Below are positions 34,763 through 43,688 of a DNA stretch of 64,000 bases, one piece after another. A program made the position numbers and the translations under genes. This DNA is from Micrococcales bacterium (GTDB lineage Bacteria > Actinomycetota > Actinomycetes > Actinomycetales > Cellulomonadaceae): NCBI GenBank assembly GCA_009779195.1, contig WRET01000005.1, forward strand, positions 5,568 through 69,567, read 5' to 3'. Numbering within the stretch: position 1 is the stretch's first letter; every line of letters starts with the position of its first letter. Below the pieces are notes generated by a model, which saw nothing but the letters and a program-made list of their open reading frames with translations, made no database searches and was not told the origin of the DNA.

Positions 34763-35998
34763 CTATCCTGCCGTACGATCGGTCCGGAATGCTCGGGTCT
34801 GTCTGGACACCACCCGTTGCCACGCCTGGCTCACTCGTGCGGCGGTGTCGGTGGCGTCGAAGCGGCGTGCTGCGCTGGTACGCGCGGCCAGGGCCCTGGC
34901 CTGGGCTTTCGGGTAGTCGTCGAGCACCGCGCAGATCGCTTCGGCCAGCGCGGGTGCGTCGCCAGGGGTGACCAGGATCCCGAGTTCTTCGTCGCCGTCG
35001 TCGCCGGTGACGATCTCCACAGCCCCGCCAGCGCGGGTGGCGACCAGCGGCACACCGCGGACCATGGCCTCCACGACCACCTGGCCGAAAGGTTCGGGCA
35101 CAGGCGAGGCGTGGACGAGCACGTCCAGGGCGTCGATCTGGGTGCGGGGGTCGGAGACGAAACCGATCCACTCGACCTGGCCGGGCTGCAGCGTGCCTGC
35201 GTCCTCGGCTGCCTGCTGTTCGGCGCGGACCTGCTCGGCGTAGTCCTCGGCGCCGAACAACGGGGCGCCGATGACACGGAACACGGTGCCAGGGTGCTTT
35301 TGGGCGACGAGCACGGCAGCGTGGATGAACTCCACCTGTCCTTTGGTGGGGCTGATCCGCCCGACCAGACCGACCACCGGGTGCTCGCCAGGTGCTGGCC
35401 GGGCTGCGACCACATCGGCGTCCAGCACCCAGTCGTTGTCGATGGGCGGCGGGACGACAAGACAGTCGACGGGGACGGTCGATGCTGTGGCCTGCGAATT
35501 CGCGATCACCAGGCGCGGCAGGCGCCGTGAGGCGACCCGCATGAGGCGTACCAGCGAGCTGGGCAGGTAGTCGTCGGCGATACGGTCGTGCAGGTGCCAG
35601 ACCAACCGCCGCCTGGCCACGCGTGCGGCCAGGCCACCGATGAGGTCGGACTTCAACGACGTGGTGACCACCAGGTCAGGGCGCGATATACGCAGCAGCC
35701 GGACCAGCGACACCATGAACGGTGCCAGGCGCAGACCCCGGCTCAGGTTCGCCAACGACGCACGCCCTGCGCTGACCCGGTCCACCCCTGTCACGTCTTT
35801 GGTCAACGGCAAGATCGCCACCGGCACGTGTGCGGCCCGCAGCTCGTCGGCCAACGGGCCGTCGTTGAACAGCAGGACGCGCACGTCGAGGTTTTCGCGG
35901 TCCAGCGCCCGCAGCAGCCGCAGGAGCGCGACCTCTGCTCCGCCGAGCTCGGCAGTGTGGTCCACGACGACCACGCGCAGCGGGTGAGTCTTGGTCAT
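34763..35998 (-). CDS. Glycosyltransferase family 4
   Basis: VVVVDHTAELGGAEVALLRLL...GRISPTKGQVEFI...EPFGQVVVEAMVRGVPLVATRAGG gives the GT4 signature. Confidence 0.85.
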   Translation of the reverse strand: MTKTHPLRVVVVDHTAELGGAEVALLRLLRALDRENLDVRVLLFNDGPLADELRAAHVPVAILPLTKDVTGVDRVSAGRASLANLSRGLRLAPFMVSLVRLLRISRPDLVVTTSLKSDLIGGLAARVARRRLVWHLHDRIADDYLPSSLVRLMRVASRRLPRLVIANSQATASTVPVDCLVVPPPIDNDWVLDADVVAARPAPGEHPVVGLVGRISPTKGQVEFIHAAVLVAQKHPGTVFRVIGAPLFGAEDYAEQVRAEQQAAEDAGTLQPGQVEWIGFVSDPRTQIDALDVLVHASPVPEPFGQVVVEAMVRGVPLVATRAGGAVEIVTGDDGDEELGILVTPGDAPALAEAICAVLDDYPKAQARALAARTSAARRFDATDTAARVSQAWQRVVSRQTRAFRTDRTAG

Positions 35999-37161
35999 GG
36001 GCGCACGACCGCCCCGACCACCTCGTGCAGGCGTTGGGCGAACCGGTCCATCCCGAACTCGTCGGCCCGCCCGGTCAGCGCCTGCGGGTCCCAGCGCTGA
36101 CGGGACGCGAGGTCCACGGCCGCAGCGATGTCAGTAGGAGTGAGCTCGTCGAAGAACAGCCCGGTGCTGCCCTCCACAACAGTGTCGAGGTACCCCCCGG
36201 CGCGCAGCGCGACCACAGGGGTGGCGAAAGCGTTGGCCTCCAGCGGGGAAAGCCCGAAATCCTCGAAAGACGCAGCGACCAGCACTGACGCACTGCGGTA
36301 CAACCAGCGCAGCTGGGTGTCGGGGATCCCTGAGAGCAGGCGCGCCCCGGTCTCGGCGGCCATCGCGGCGATCCGTTCCCTGTCGGGGCCGTCGCCGACG
36401 ATCACCAGCTCGAACCCGTCGAGCTGTGCGGCAGCCTCGATGACCAGGTCGACGTTCTTGTACGGCAGCAACCGTGCCACGCACAGCCCGAACCCGGGGG
36501 TCAGACCTTCCACAGGCTCTTCAGGACCGTCGGGCAGCACTGCGGGCGGGGGAGGCAAGAACTCCGCGGCGATCCCGTACACCTCGTAGACCAGCCGTGC
36601 CGACACTGACGAGTTCGCCAGGTACAGGTCGGCCCGGGCTGCGGCGCGCCGGTCCCAGCAACGCAGGCCGGGGGCGAGCGCGGCGAGCACAGCCCGTTCG
36701 ACCAGGGCGGTCGTCGAGTGGGCGGTGCTGGTGTGCGCGCCCAGGTACCGCTGCGCCTGGTACAGCCACCGTGCCGGGGCGTGGCAGTACACGACCATCT
36801 GCCCGTCGGTGCGGAACCCGTGGGCCCACCCCGACGACGAGGCCAGCACCACGTCGGCGTCGATGGTGTGCGACGAGACCGCCGGAGCCAGCAGCGGCAG
36901 CGCGAGACGGTGGTTGCGGCGCAGCACCTTGGAGTGGTTGAGCCAGCCTGTGCGGATGTCCACCGGCTCGAACTGCGGGAACGTGCCCGGAAGGTGGTAC
37001 AGCGTCGTGTGCAGTGGGGCGTCGGGGAAAGCCTGGACCATGATCATCGCGACCCGCTCGGCACCACCGCGCTGGGTGAGGTAGTCGTGGGCCAGTGCCA
37101 CTGTGGGCCGGGTTCCGACTTCGGGCGTCTCTTCGGCCCGAGCGCCCTGTGTGGGCGTCAT
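35995..37161 (-). CDS. Glycosyltransferase family 4
   Basis: VALAHDYLTQRGGAERV...ARLLPYKNVDLVI...EDFGLSPLEANAFATPVVALRAGG gives the GT4 signature. The stop overlaps the start of the downstream GT4 gene. Confidence 0.85.
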   Translation of the reverse strand: MTPTQGARAEETPEVGTRPTVALAHDYLTQRGGAERVAMIMVQAFPDAPLHTTLYHLPGTFPQFEPVDIRTGWLNHSKVLRRNHRLALPLLAPAVSSHTIDADVVLASSSGWAHGFRTDGQMVVYCHAPARWLYQAQRYLGAHTSTAHSTTALVERAVLAALAPGLRCWDRRAAARADLYLANSSVSARLVYEVYGIAAEFLPPPPAVLPDGPEEPVEGLTPGFGLCVARLLPYKNVDLVIEAAAQLDGFELVIVGDGPDRERIAAMAAETGARLLSGIPDTQLRWLYRSASVLVAASFEDFGLSPLEANAFATPVVALRAGGYLDTVVEGSTGLFFDELTPTDIAAAVDLASRQRWDPQALTGRADEFGMDRFAQRLHEVVGAVVRP

Positions 37162-37413
37162 CGACCATCTCCTGTGCTCTGGTTGGTCGACGGGGCCAAC
37201 AGCATGACCTCAGTCATTGCTACCAACTCCATCTGGACATCTTCCAACCCCGCCCACCCCAGGCTGACCAGCGTGGGCGGAGACACCACACCCGAAATCC
37301 GGACAGAAGCGGGCGAACTACTTACCCAAGCATAAACGGTGGACTTCGGTCTGTCGTGCGGTCTTCATCCAGACGGCGCATCGAACTGTCCCACGCGTCG
37401 TTGACCAGCAAGT

Positions 37414-38505
37414 TCACGGAACACGCAGGATGAGCGCGTGCGGGGCGACCCAGGTGGTGAGCGCTGCGACGTCGCCGACGATGTCCCCGTCGACCTGCAG
37501 CGTCGCCGACCCGGCGACCTCCAGGTGGATCCGTCGGGCACGAGCGTGGTCGATCCGCCCAATCTTCGCAGGAAGGACAGTCCGCATCCCGGCACCCTGG
37601 AGCACGACCTCCCCGAACAGCTGCGCCCAGCCAGCCAGCCCGCCGCGGGTGTCGATCAGGGCCACGTCCAGCCAACCGTCGTCGAGCAGGGCGTCGGGCA
37701 GCAAAGTCATACCCCCAGGCAGCCGGCCGCAGTTGCCGACCATGGCCGAACGCACCTTGGCGGTCTGCGGGTCGCCGTCGTCGCGGGTCACCTGCACCTG
37801 GCGGCGACGTTCGTGCAGGTGACGGAACCCTGCCAGGAAGTACGCCACCCAGCCGACCCGGGCTTTGAGGTTGGCGTCGGTCGCGGCGACCATCGACCCG
37901 TCGAACCCCAGCCCCGCGATGACCAAGAACAGCTCGTCGTCGTGCGTGTCGGGGTGGTCGTGGGTCCCCCAACGGTCCACGCGCAGCCAGCCCACGTCGA
38001 TATCAGCGTCGCGACCGTCGATGACGACCCCCAGGGCGCCGACGACGTCGGTGACCGGCACGTCCACGTTGCGGGCCAAGATGTTGCCCGTGCCTGTGGG
38101 GACCAGGCCCATCGGCACCGGCGCCCCGACCATGGTCTTGGCCACAGCACGGACAGTCCCGTCCCCCCCGACGGCCACGACCACGTCCACACCAGCGTCC
38201 AGGGCCTGGCGTGCCTGCCCGCCTCCGGGGTCGTCGACAGTGGTCGTCAGCCACAACGGCTGCGGCAGCCCGCGTTGCTCGCACTGCGCCAGCAGCCGGG
38301 TTCGCACGTCGTCGGCGTCGTGTTTGGACGGGTTCGCCACGAACCCGATGCGAGGTGTCCACACCCGCAGTTCCTCACGTGGTCTGACCTGCGGGTGCGG
38401 CTGCAACGGCCAGGTGCGGCCGGGTTGGCGCCGCAGCACCAACATCGCGAGCACGACCGCGGCTGCGGCTGCCCCAGCGACGATCACCCAGGCCAGGCAA
38501 CTCAC
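37414..38505 (-). CDS. Diacylglycerol kinase family lipid kinase (YegS/DagK-like) with an N-terminal TM helix
   Basis: DVVVAVGGDGTVRAVAKTM...GLVPTGTGNILARN is the DAGK catalytic motif. Confidence 0.85.
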   Translation of the reverse strand: MSCLAWVIVAGAAAAAVVLAMLVLRRQPGRTWPLQPHPQVRPREELRVWTPRIGFVANPSKHDADDVRTRLLAQCEQRGLPQPLWLTTTVDDPGGGQARQALDAGVDVVVAVGGDGTVRAVAKTMVGAPVPMGLVPTGTGNILARNVDVPVTDVVGALGVVIDGRDADIDVGWLRVDRWGTHDHPDTHDDELFLVIAGLGFDGSMVAATDANLKARVGWVAYFLAGFRHLHERRRQVQVTRDDGDPQTAKVRSAMVGNCGRLPGGMTLLPDALLDDGWLDVALIDTRGGLAGWAQLFGEVVLQGAGMRTVLPAKIGRIDHARARRIHLEVAGSATLQVDGDIVGDVAALTTWVAPHALILRVP

Positions 38506-38557
38506 GGGGCCAGCCTACGCTCGGCACCGGTTCGCGGCCGCTTGCGACGCGGCCGCC

Positions 38558-39427
38558 GTGGTGACGACGATAGCCCTTGTGGACGTTTTGACCGACTGGT
38601 ACCGCGACCACGCCCGGGACCTGCCGTGGCGTGCGCCTGACCGCACGCCGTGGGGTGTGCTCGTCAGCGAGGTGATGCTCCAGCAGACGCCGGTAGCGCG
38701 TGCCGAACCGGTGTGGCGCCAGTGGATGGCACGTTGGCCGGGCCCTGGCGACCTGGCTGCCAGCGATGTGGGCGACGTCCTGCGGGCGTGGGGGACCTTG
38801 GGATACCCGCGGCGGGCGTTACGGTTGCACGGAGCAGCCGTCCAGATCGTCGAGCGCCATGACGGCCAGGTGCCCGACGACGAGGCTGCGCTGCTCGACC
38901 TGCCTGGTGTGGGGGTGTACACAGCAGCAGCGGTCCAGGCGTTCGCCTTTGGCCGCCGTGCGGTGGTCTTGGACACCAACGTCCGGCGTGTGGTGGCCCG
39001 GGCGTTCGTCGGCCAGGCGCTGCCCCCACCGCACCTGGGCGCAGCCGAGGCCGCCACCGCGAGCCAGCTGCTGCCGCACGACGACGCCCCGACGACCTGC
39101 GTCGCGCTCATGGAGCTCGGTTCGCTGGTGTGCACCGCGCGTGCCCCGCGTTGCACCCAGTGTCCTTTGTCCAGCACCTGTGCCTGGTTGGCCGCGGGAT
39201 CCCCACCTGATGCGCACGCTCAGCGTCGACGTTCCCAGCCTTGGCAGGGCACCAACCGTCAAGCACGCGGCCAGATCATGGCTGCCCTGCGTGAGGCGTC
39301 TGGTCCGGTGGCCGTCGTCGACCTGGTGTGGCCCGACCGCGCCCAGCTCGACCGGTGCGTGGTGGCGCTGGCCGCTGACGGGTTGCTCGTCCACGACGTC
39401 GCGCACTCGAGCGTCAGGCTGCCGTGA
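38558..39427 (+). CDS. mutY: A/G-specific adenine glycosylase
   Basis: LPWR...PWGVLVSEVMLQQT, GLGYPRRA-like TLGYPRRALRL, LPGVGVYTAAAV, VLDTNVRRV and a 4Fe-4S cluster loop C-x6-C-x2-C-x5-C (CTARAPRCTQCPLSSTC). The start is one of the GTGs at 38558, 38561 or 38578. Confidence 0.85.
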   Translation: MVTTIALVDVLTDWYRDHARDLPWRAPDRTPWGVLVSEVMLQQTPVARAEPVWRQWMARWPGPGDLAASDVGDVLRAWGTLGYPRRALRLHGAAVQIVERHDGQVPDDEAALLDLPGVGVYTAAAVQAFAFGRRAVVLDTNVRRVVARAFVGQALPPPHLGAAEAATASQLLPHDDAPTTCVALMELGSLVCTARAPRCTQCPLSSTCAWLAAGSPPDAHAQRRRSQPWQGTNRQARGQIMAALREASGPVAVVDLVWPDRAQLDRCVVALAADGLLVHDVAHSSVRLP

Positions 39428-39440
39428 GAACGGCGAGCCC

Positions 39441-40787
39441 TCAGGGAGCGCCGGTGAACTCGAAGTGCCACGGTTCGGGGTTGCCGCCGGTGGGCAGCGA
39501 CCAGGCTGGTTTGAGCCAGCCGTACTCGCCGACGTGGTTGAGCATCCACTGGTGCTCGGTGGTGCCCAGGCGCGCTGGTGGACCAGACAGGTCCACGGCC
39601 AGGCCCAGGCCGTGCCTGGACGTGCCGGGTGTCGCGCACAGGCTGCCCTTGGTCTGGCGGCAGGTGACCTGCCCGGCGAGGGTCCGGTAAGAGTCGGAGA
39701 TGATCAGGTCGTGGCCGAACTGGGCGCGGTACGCCTGGTTCAGCCCGTCGAGCATCTCGGCGGCGTCGCAACGCAGACGGGCGCTGAGGTTGAACGCGGG
39801 CGAGCACAGGGCCGAGACGGGGATCTGGCCGTTGGAGTACCCGTCGAGGCTGCGGGCGTCGGCGCTCAACCGGGCGGCGCGGGTCTGGGCAGCGGCGGCG
39901 AGAGCTGCCTCGTGGGCGGCCTGGGCGTCGGCGATGGCTTGGGCGTAGGCACCGTCGAGCTCGGAGGCGACACGGTTGGCCTCGGCTGCGGCCGTGACTT
40001 CTGCGGTGGACTCGGCGAGCTGGTCGACGGCGGCGAGCAGCTCGGTCAAGGCGTCGTCGGACATGGTGACCTCAGGGAGGGTCTCTTTGGCCTCGTCCAT
40101 GGGGGTCGTCACGACGTCGAGGATCACCGCAGCGTCCGCAGCAGGGTCGGGATGGGTCTGGGGGGTTGTCACTGGCAGGTCGACGACGCCGGGGGTCTCT
40201 GGCACGTTCGGCGCGGCGGAGCGGACTGCCGGCGGAGCGTCGGACTCAGGGTCGATCGTCACCGGTGCGTCACGTACCTGGTCGACCAGCTGCTGGACCT
40301 GGGCCGAGGCCTCGTCGAGCGAGGCGAGGGTCTCGGGGGGCACGGACGCCTCAGCGGCGGAGGCGCGCACAGCCTCGGCTTTGTCGATCGCGACCTGGGC
40401 GCTGGCAGCGGCGGCTTCGCGGGCTGCGGCGACCTCAGCGGTCCACTCTTGCTCGACCTGCGCTTGTACCTGGGCGACGACGGCCTGTTTCTCACCGGTG
40501 ACCAACCCGACGCTGCTGGCGGCGATCGCCCAAACCATGGCGACGACCACTGTGGCGCGGGCGATGTCGAGGCGGTGCGAGACCAGCTGGGCACTGATGC
40601 GGTCGGCTGGTCCGCGGTGGGTGGCGACCCAACCGGTGAACCCTGCGACTGGCCCAGCGACCAGCCCGCTGAACCCAGCGACCAGCTCGCCGAACCTCTG
40701 CGCGAGCTGTGCGGGCACACGAACCACGCTGCGGGTGCTGACCCATGTGGCCCACCGCGCAACGCGTCGAGTCGTCGAGTCGTGCAC
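39441..40787 (-). CDS. M15B (VanY-like) D,D-carboxypeptidase-family peptidoglycan hydrolase with an N-terminal TM helix and a long coiled-coil
   Basis: The C-terminus SDSYRTLAGQ...PGTSRHGLGLAVDL...GWLKP...EPWHFEF gives the H-x6-D ... H zinc motif of the VanY/M15 family. The start is uncertain (GTG at 40787 proposed). Confidence 0.75.
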   Translation of the reverse strand: MHDSTTRRVARWATWVSTRSVVRVPAQLAQRFGELVAGFSGLVAGPVAGFTGWVATHRGPADRISAQLVSHRLDIARATVVVAMVWAIAASSVGLVTGEKQAVVAQVQAQVEQEWTAEVAAAREAAAASAQVAIDKAEAVRASAAEASVPPETLASLDEASAQVQQLVDQVRDAPVTIDPESDAPPAVRSAAPNVPETPGVVDLPVTTPQTHPDPAADAAVILDVVTTPMDEAKETLPEVTMSDDALTELLAAVDQLAESTAEVTAAAEANRVASELDGAYAQAIADAQAAHEAALAAAAQTRAARLSADARSLDGYSNGQIPVSALCSPAFNLSARLRCDAAEMLDGLNQAYRAQFGHDLIISDSYRTLAGQVTCRQTKGSLCATPGTSRHGLGLAVDLSGPPARLGTTEHQWMLNHVGEYGWLKPAWSLPTGGNPEPWHFEFTGAP

Positions 40788-41006
40788 GTAGCCTTGGATC
40801 GTCCACAACACCCCCACAGCTAAGCCTGCGGGCCGCGCATCACTCAAGCGGCACAATTGCCGTCCTGGGATGACCGGGGTGGTCCGTGCAGGGCCGTTAG
40901 GGCTACCGGACGAGGATGGCGGTACAGCACGAGGCGCCTCACGCCGATGCCACCAGCGTCGGCTCCCCATCGCCATCGGGCACTGCCCGGGGAGCCGGCA
41001 CCACAG

Positions 41007-41042
41007 GACAATGGGGACGGTTCCTATGTCCTGCCTGGTCAG
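41007..41042. repeat. 36-bp repeat copy A (inverted relative to copies B and C)
   Basis: GACAATGGGGACGGTTCCTATGTCCTGCCTGGTCAG matches the reverse complement of 41151-41186 at 35 of 36 positions. Confidence 0.9.
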
Positions 41043-41114
41043 AAGGGCGGCGGGAGGCCTGGGGTGGTGGTCAGGTGCAGGTGCCCATCGGTTTTGGGGG
41101 AGCGTCCATCGCCG

Positions 41115-41146
41115 GGCAAGGCATAGGAACCGTCCCCATTGTCCTG
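41115..41146. repeat. Repeat copy B (22-bp core CATAGGAACCGTCCCCATTGTC identical to C; flanks partly shared)
   Basis: The core at 41122-41143 is identical to 41165-41186 and to the reverse complement of 41007-41028. Confidence 0.9.
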
Positions 41147-41150
41147 TCCC

Positions 41151-41186
41151 CTGACCAGGCAAGACATAGGAACCGTCCCCATTGTC
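41151..41186. repeat. 36-bp repeat copy C, 13 nt downstream of the feoC-like stop
   Basis: The sequence is CTGACCAGGCAAGACATAGGAACCGTCCCCATTGTC. Confidence 0.9.
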
Positions 41187-41198
41187 TTCGTCTTTGGC

Positions 41199-41405
41199 TC
41201 AGTGGGCCAGGGGGCAGGCTGGGCAGGTTGCCGCGGACAGGTCGCACGAAGTGCAGGCGGGGGCCATGACGAGGCCGACGCGGCGGGCATGGTCGACCAT
41301 GGCTTCGACCAGGCCGGGGTCGAGGCCCAGACGGGCGGCGACGGTCTGGGGGGTCGCGCCGGTGGAGGTCTCGCGCAAGACGTCCGCCAGGACCGGGCGG
41401 GTCAC
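41199..41405 (-). CDS. FeoC-like small winged-helix protein with a C-terminal Cys cluster
   Basis: 68 aa: VTRPVLADVLRETSTGATPQTVAARLGLDPGLVEAMVDHARRVGLVMAPACTSCDLSAATCPACPLAH. The GTG overlaps the feoB stop (GTGA). Confidence 0.65.
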   Translation of the reverse strand: MTRPVLADVLRETSTGATPQTVAARLGLDPGLVEAMVDHARRVGLVMAPACTSCDLSAATCPACPLAH

Positions 41406-43381
41406 AGCCGTGCTCCGAGCTGGAAGACCGTGACGGCCAGGAGCCAGGCGAGCAGGAGGGACGCAGCGACCGACCCGGTGGTCCAGCGCCAGCCGACCTG
41501 GCGGGCCAGCTCGGCGACCGTGGCAAGGCACGGGGTGTACACCAGGACGAACACGCAGAACGCGATGGCGGCGGCGGCTCCGTGGCCACCAGAAGTACGG
41601 TCGAAGGCGGCGCGCAGGCCCTCGTCCCACGGCTCGTGGTCGCTGCCGTACGCCTGGGCCAACGACCCGACGACGACTTCTTTGGCGACGATCCCCGTGC
41701 CCAGGGCGGCGGCGGCACCAGCGTCGGCGAACCCTGCTGGTGCGAACACCGGAGCGATCGCTGCGGCGGCCCGGCCGTAGAGGCTGTCGGCCGTCGGCAC
41801 GTCGCCCAGCTGGTGGCCGCTGGTCACCGGCACTGCCATGAGCAGCCACATCAGCGCCAGGGCGGCGACGATGACTTTGCCGGCAGAGGTGACGAAGGTG
41901 CTGGTGCGGCTCGCCGCGGAGGTCACCAGGGCGCGCAGGTGGGGGCGCTGGTAGGCCGGAAGGGCGAGCACCAGCGGTTCGTTGCCCAGGTCGCGGAACC
42001 CGGTGCGGCGCAGCACCAGCCCGACCACGACGACGAGCACCGCTGACAGCGCGTACATGGCCAGCACGACGAGCCCGGCGTAGTCAGGGACGAACACGAT
42101 GGCGAGCATGAGGTACACCGCCAGCCGTGCGGTGCACGAGGTGAACGGCAGCAGCAAGGCGGTGAGCACACGCTGGCGGGCGCTGGGCAGGGTCCGCAAC
42201 GTGGCCAGCGCCGACAGGTTGCACCCGAACCCGACGACGAGCGGCAGCACCGCGCGTCCGTCCAGGCCCAGGCGCCGCATCGCACGGTCGGCGACGAACG
42301 ACGCGCGGGCCAGGTACCCCGAGTCCTCCAGCAGGCCCACAGCGACGAACACCACCGCCATGAGCGGGACGAACGAGGCCACCGTCGCCACACCCACGAG
42401 CAGGCCGTCGGCGACGAAGCTGGTGAGCCACACCGGGGCGTCGACCGCGTCGAGCCCCCGGGTGAACCACCCGCCAGCCCAGTCGGTGACCAGCCACCTC
42501 AGGCCGTTCATCGCAGGGACCGCCACGACGGTCACCAGCTCGAACACCGCCCACAGCACGACCAGGAACACCGGTATGCCGACCCACGGGCGCAGCAACC
42601 AGGAGTCCACGCGGTCCGAGCGTGAGGCGTGCACCGCCGGGGTCGAGGCGACCTGGGTCTGCACGTCGGCGACCCAGCCGAACAGGGCTTCGGCGTCGGC
42701 GAGACGGGGGTCGACCTGGGCCAGGGGGTGCTCGTGCTGGTGTGCCGGTTCGTCGTCGGGTGCCAGCGCGCCGTCGAGGCGCAGGCGCGCAGGTTCGGCG
42801 AGGGTGTCACGCACTGCTGTGGTCAGGTCCTCGGCCCCGCTGCCGGTGCGTGGGTCGATGGTGACCACCGGGACGCCGAGCAGGTCGGCCAGCGCGTCGG
42901 TGTCGATGGTGACGCCGCGGGTGCAGGCCACGTCGGTCATGGTCACCGCCACGACCATCGGCACACCGGTGAGCCCGACCTGGCCGGCCAGGTACAACGA
43001 CCGAGACAAGCCGGCGGCGTCGAGCAGCACCACGACGAGGTCGGCAGGTCCGTCCGGCCCGCCGGTGACTGCCTGCGCGGCGACCTCCTCGTCGGGGGAG
43101 CGTGCCAGCAGGGAGTAAGCCCCCGGCAGGTCCAGCAGGCGCGCGTCGACGGCTTTCCACGTGCTCGAGGCGACCTCGACAGTCGTCCCCGGGGCGTTGA
43201 TGACGGCCTGGCGTGCCCCGGTCAGGCAGTTGAAGAGCGCGGACTTGCCCGAGTTCGGGTTGCCGACCAGGGCGACGACCTTGGTGGGTGCAGGCTTGGT
43301 GGGTGCGGGCGCGCTTTCGTGCGTGCCAGATGCTGCCAGTCCGGCGTCGTTGGCCGCCGCGCGCCGCAGGGAGATCCTCAC
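41402..43381 (-). CDS. feoB: Ferrous iron transporter FeoB
   Basis: The G-domain motifs are VALVGNPNSGKSALFN, DLPGAYSL and the NxxD-equivalent MTD (in VAVTMTDV), followed by a polytopic membrane domain. The GTG at 43381 overlaps the feoA stop. The ORF-track extension to 43609 is out of phase with feoA. Confidence 0.9.
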   Translation of the reverse strand: MRISLRRAAANDAGLAASGTHESAPAPTKPAPTKVVALVGNPNSGKSALFNCLTGARQAVINAPGTTVEVASSTWKAVDARLLDLPGAYSLLARSPDEEVAAQAVTGGPDGPADLVVVLLDAAGLSRSLYLAGQVGLTGVPMVVAVTMTDVACTRGVTIDTDALADLLGVPVVTIDPRTGSGAEDLTTAVRDTLAEPARLRLDGALAPDDEPAHQHEHPLAQVDPRLADAEALFGWVADVQTQVASTPAVHASRSDRVDSWLLRPWVGIPVFLVVLWAVFELVTVVAVPAMNGLRWLVTDWAGGWFTRGLDAVDAPVWLTSFVADGLLVGVATVASFVPLMAVVFVAVGLLEDSGYLARASFVADRAMRRLGLDGRAVLPLVVGFGCNLSALATLRTLPSARQRVLTALLLPFTSCTARLAVYLMLAIVFVPDYAGLVVLAMYALSAVLVVVVGLVLRRTGFRDLGNEPLVLALPAYQRPHLRALVTSAASRTSTFVTSAGKVIVAALALMWLLMAVPVTSGHQLGDVPTADSLYGRAAAAIAPVFAPAGFADAGAAAALGTGIVAKEVVVGSLAQAYGSDHEPWDEGLRAAFDRTSGGHGAAAAIAFCVFVLVYTPCLATVAELARQVGWRWTTGSVAASLLLAWLLAVTVFQLGARL

Positions 43382-43602
43382 TGGACCGGGACCAGGCGCA
43401 CTCCCTGGCAGGCGACCAGGTCCAAGGCGATGCGGTCGGCGCCGACCGCGACCACACGTCCTGCCCCGTGGGCGTGGTGGACGATCTGCACGACGGCTCC
43501 GACCCTCAGCCCCAGCTCGCCCATCCGCAGCGCAAGCCCAGGTTCGGTGTCCACGGCGACGATCCGGGCGTCGTGCCCGGTGGGGAAGGTGGTGAGGTCC
43601 AC
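43378..43602 (-). CDS. feoA: FeoA family protein
   Basis: 74 aa. ARIVAVDTEPGLALRMGELGLRVGAVVQIV fits the SH3-like FeoA pattern. Confidence 0.85.
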   Translation of the reverse strand: MDLTTFPTGHDARIVAVDTEPGLALRMGELGLRVGAVVQIVHHAHGAGRVVAVGADRIALDLVACQGVRLVPVQ

Positions 43603-43616
43603 GTGCCACCTGTTCC

Positions 43617-43635
43617 TTAGGGAAGCCTTACCTCA
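43617..43635. promoter_or_regulatory. Candidate DtxR/IdeR-family iron box upstream of feoA
   Basis: The minus strand reads TGAGGTAAGGCTTCCCTAA. It matches the consensus TTAGGTTAGGCTAACCTAA (as I recall it) at 15 of 19 positions and lies 15 nt upstream of the feoA ATG. Confidence 0.45.
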
Positions 43636-43688
43636 CATGAGGATAGTGCTTGGGCGTCCCCGTGAAAAGCCCTCGCCACCCGTTCGCC

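Noticed and set aside
34758-35171. N-terminal extensions offered by the ORF track for the Wzc-like gene (to 35171), feoB (to 43609) and the M15 peptidase (to 41162).
   Set aside because: The extensions overlap well-supported upstream genes or the repeat region. They translate to Arg/Pro-rich junk, and better internal starts exist with stop-start overlaps or an RBS.
41007-41186. CRISPR array. The same question applies to 51271-51401.
   Set aside because: The feo repeats include an inverted copy and have no unique spacers of regular length. The 33-bp units are directly abutting with no spacers. No cas genes are present in the window.
40788-41198. A cyclic-di-AMP (ydaO-type) riboswitch in the leader of the M15 peptidoglycan hydrolase gene. 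Such riboswitches often precede wall hydrolases in Actinomycetota.
   Set aside because: I found GGGGAGCC and CGGUAGCCC-like pieces. I did not find the hallmark CCGA..CCG.CAGCUAACC.CGUA segment or the pseudo-twofold arrangement as I remember them. A covariance-model scan would be needed to revisit this.
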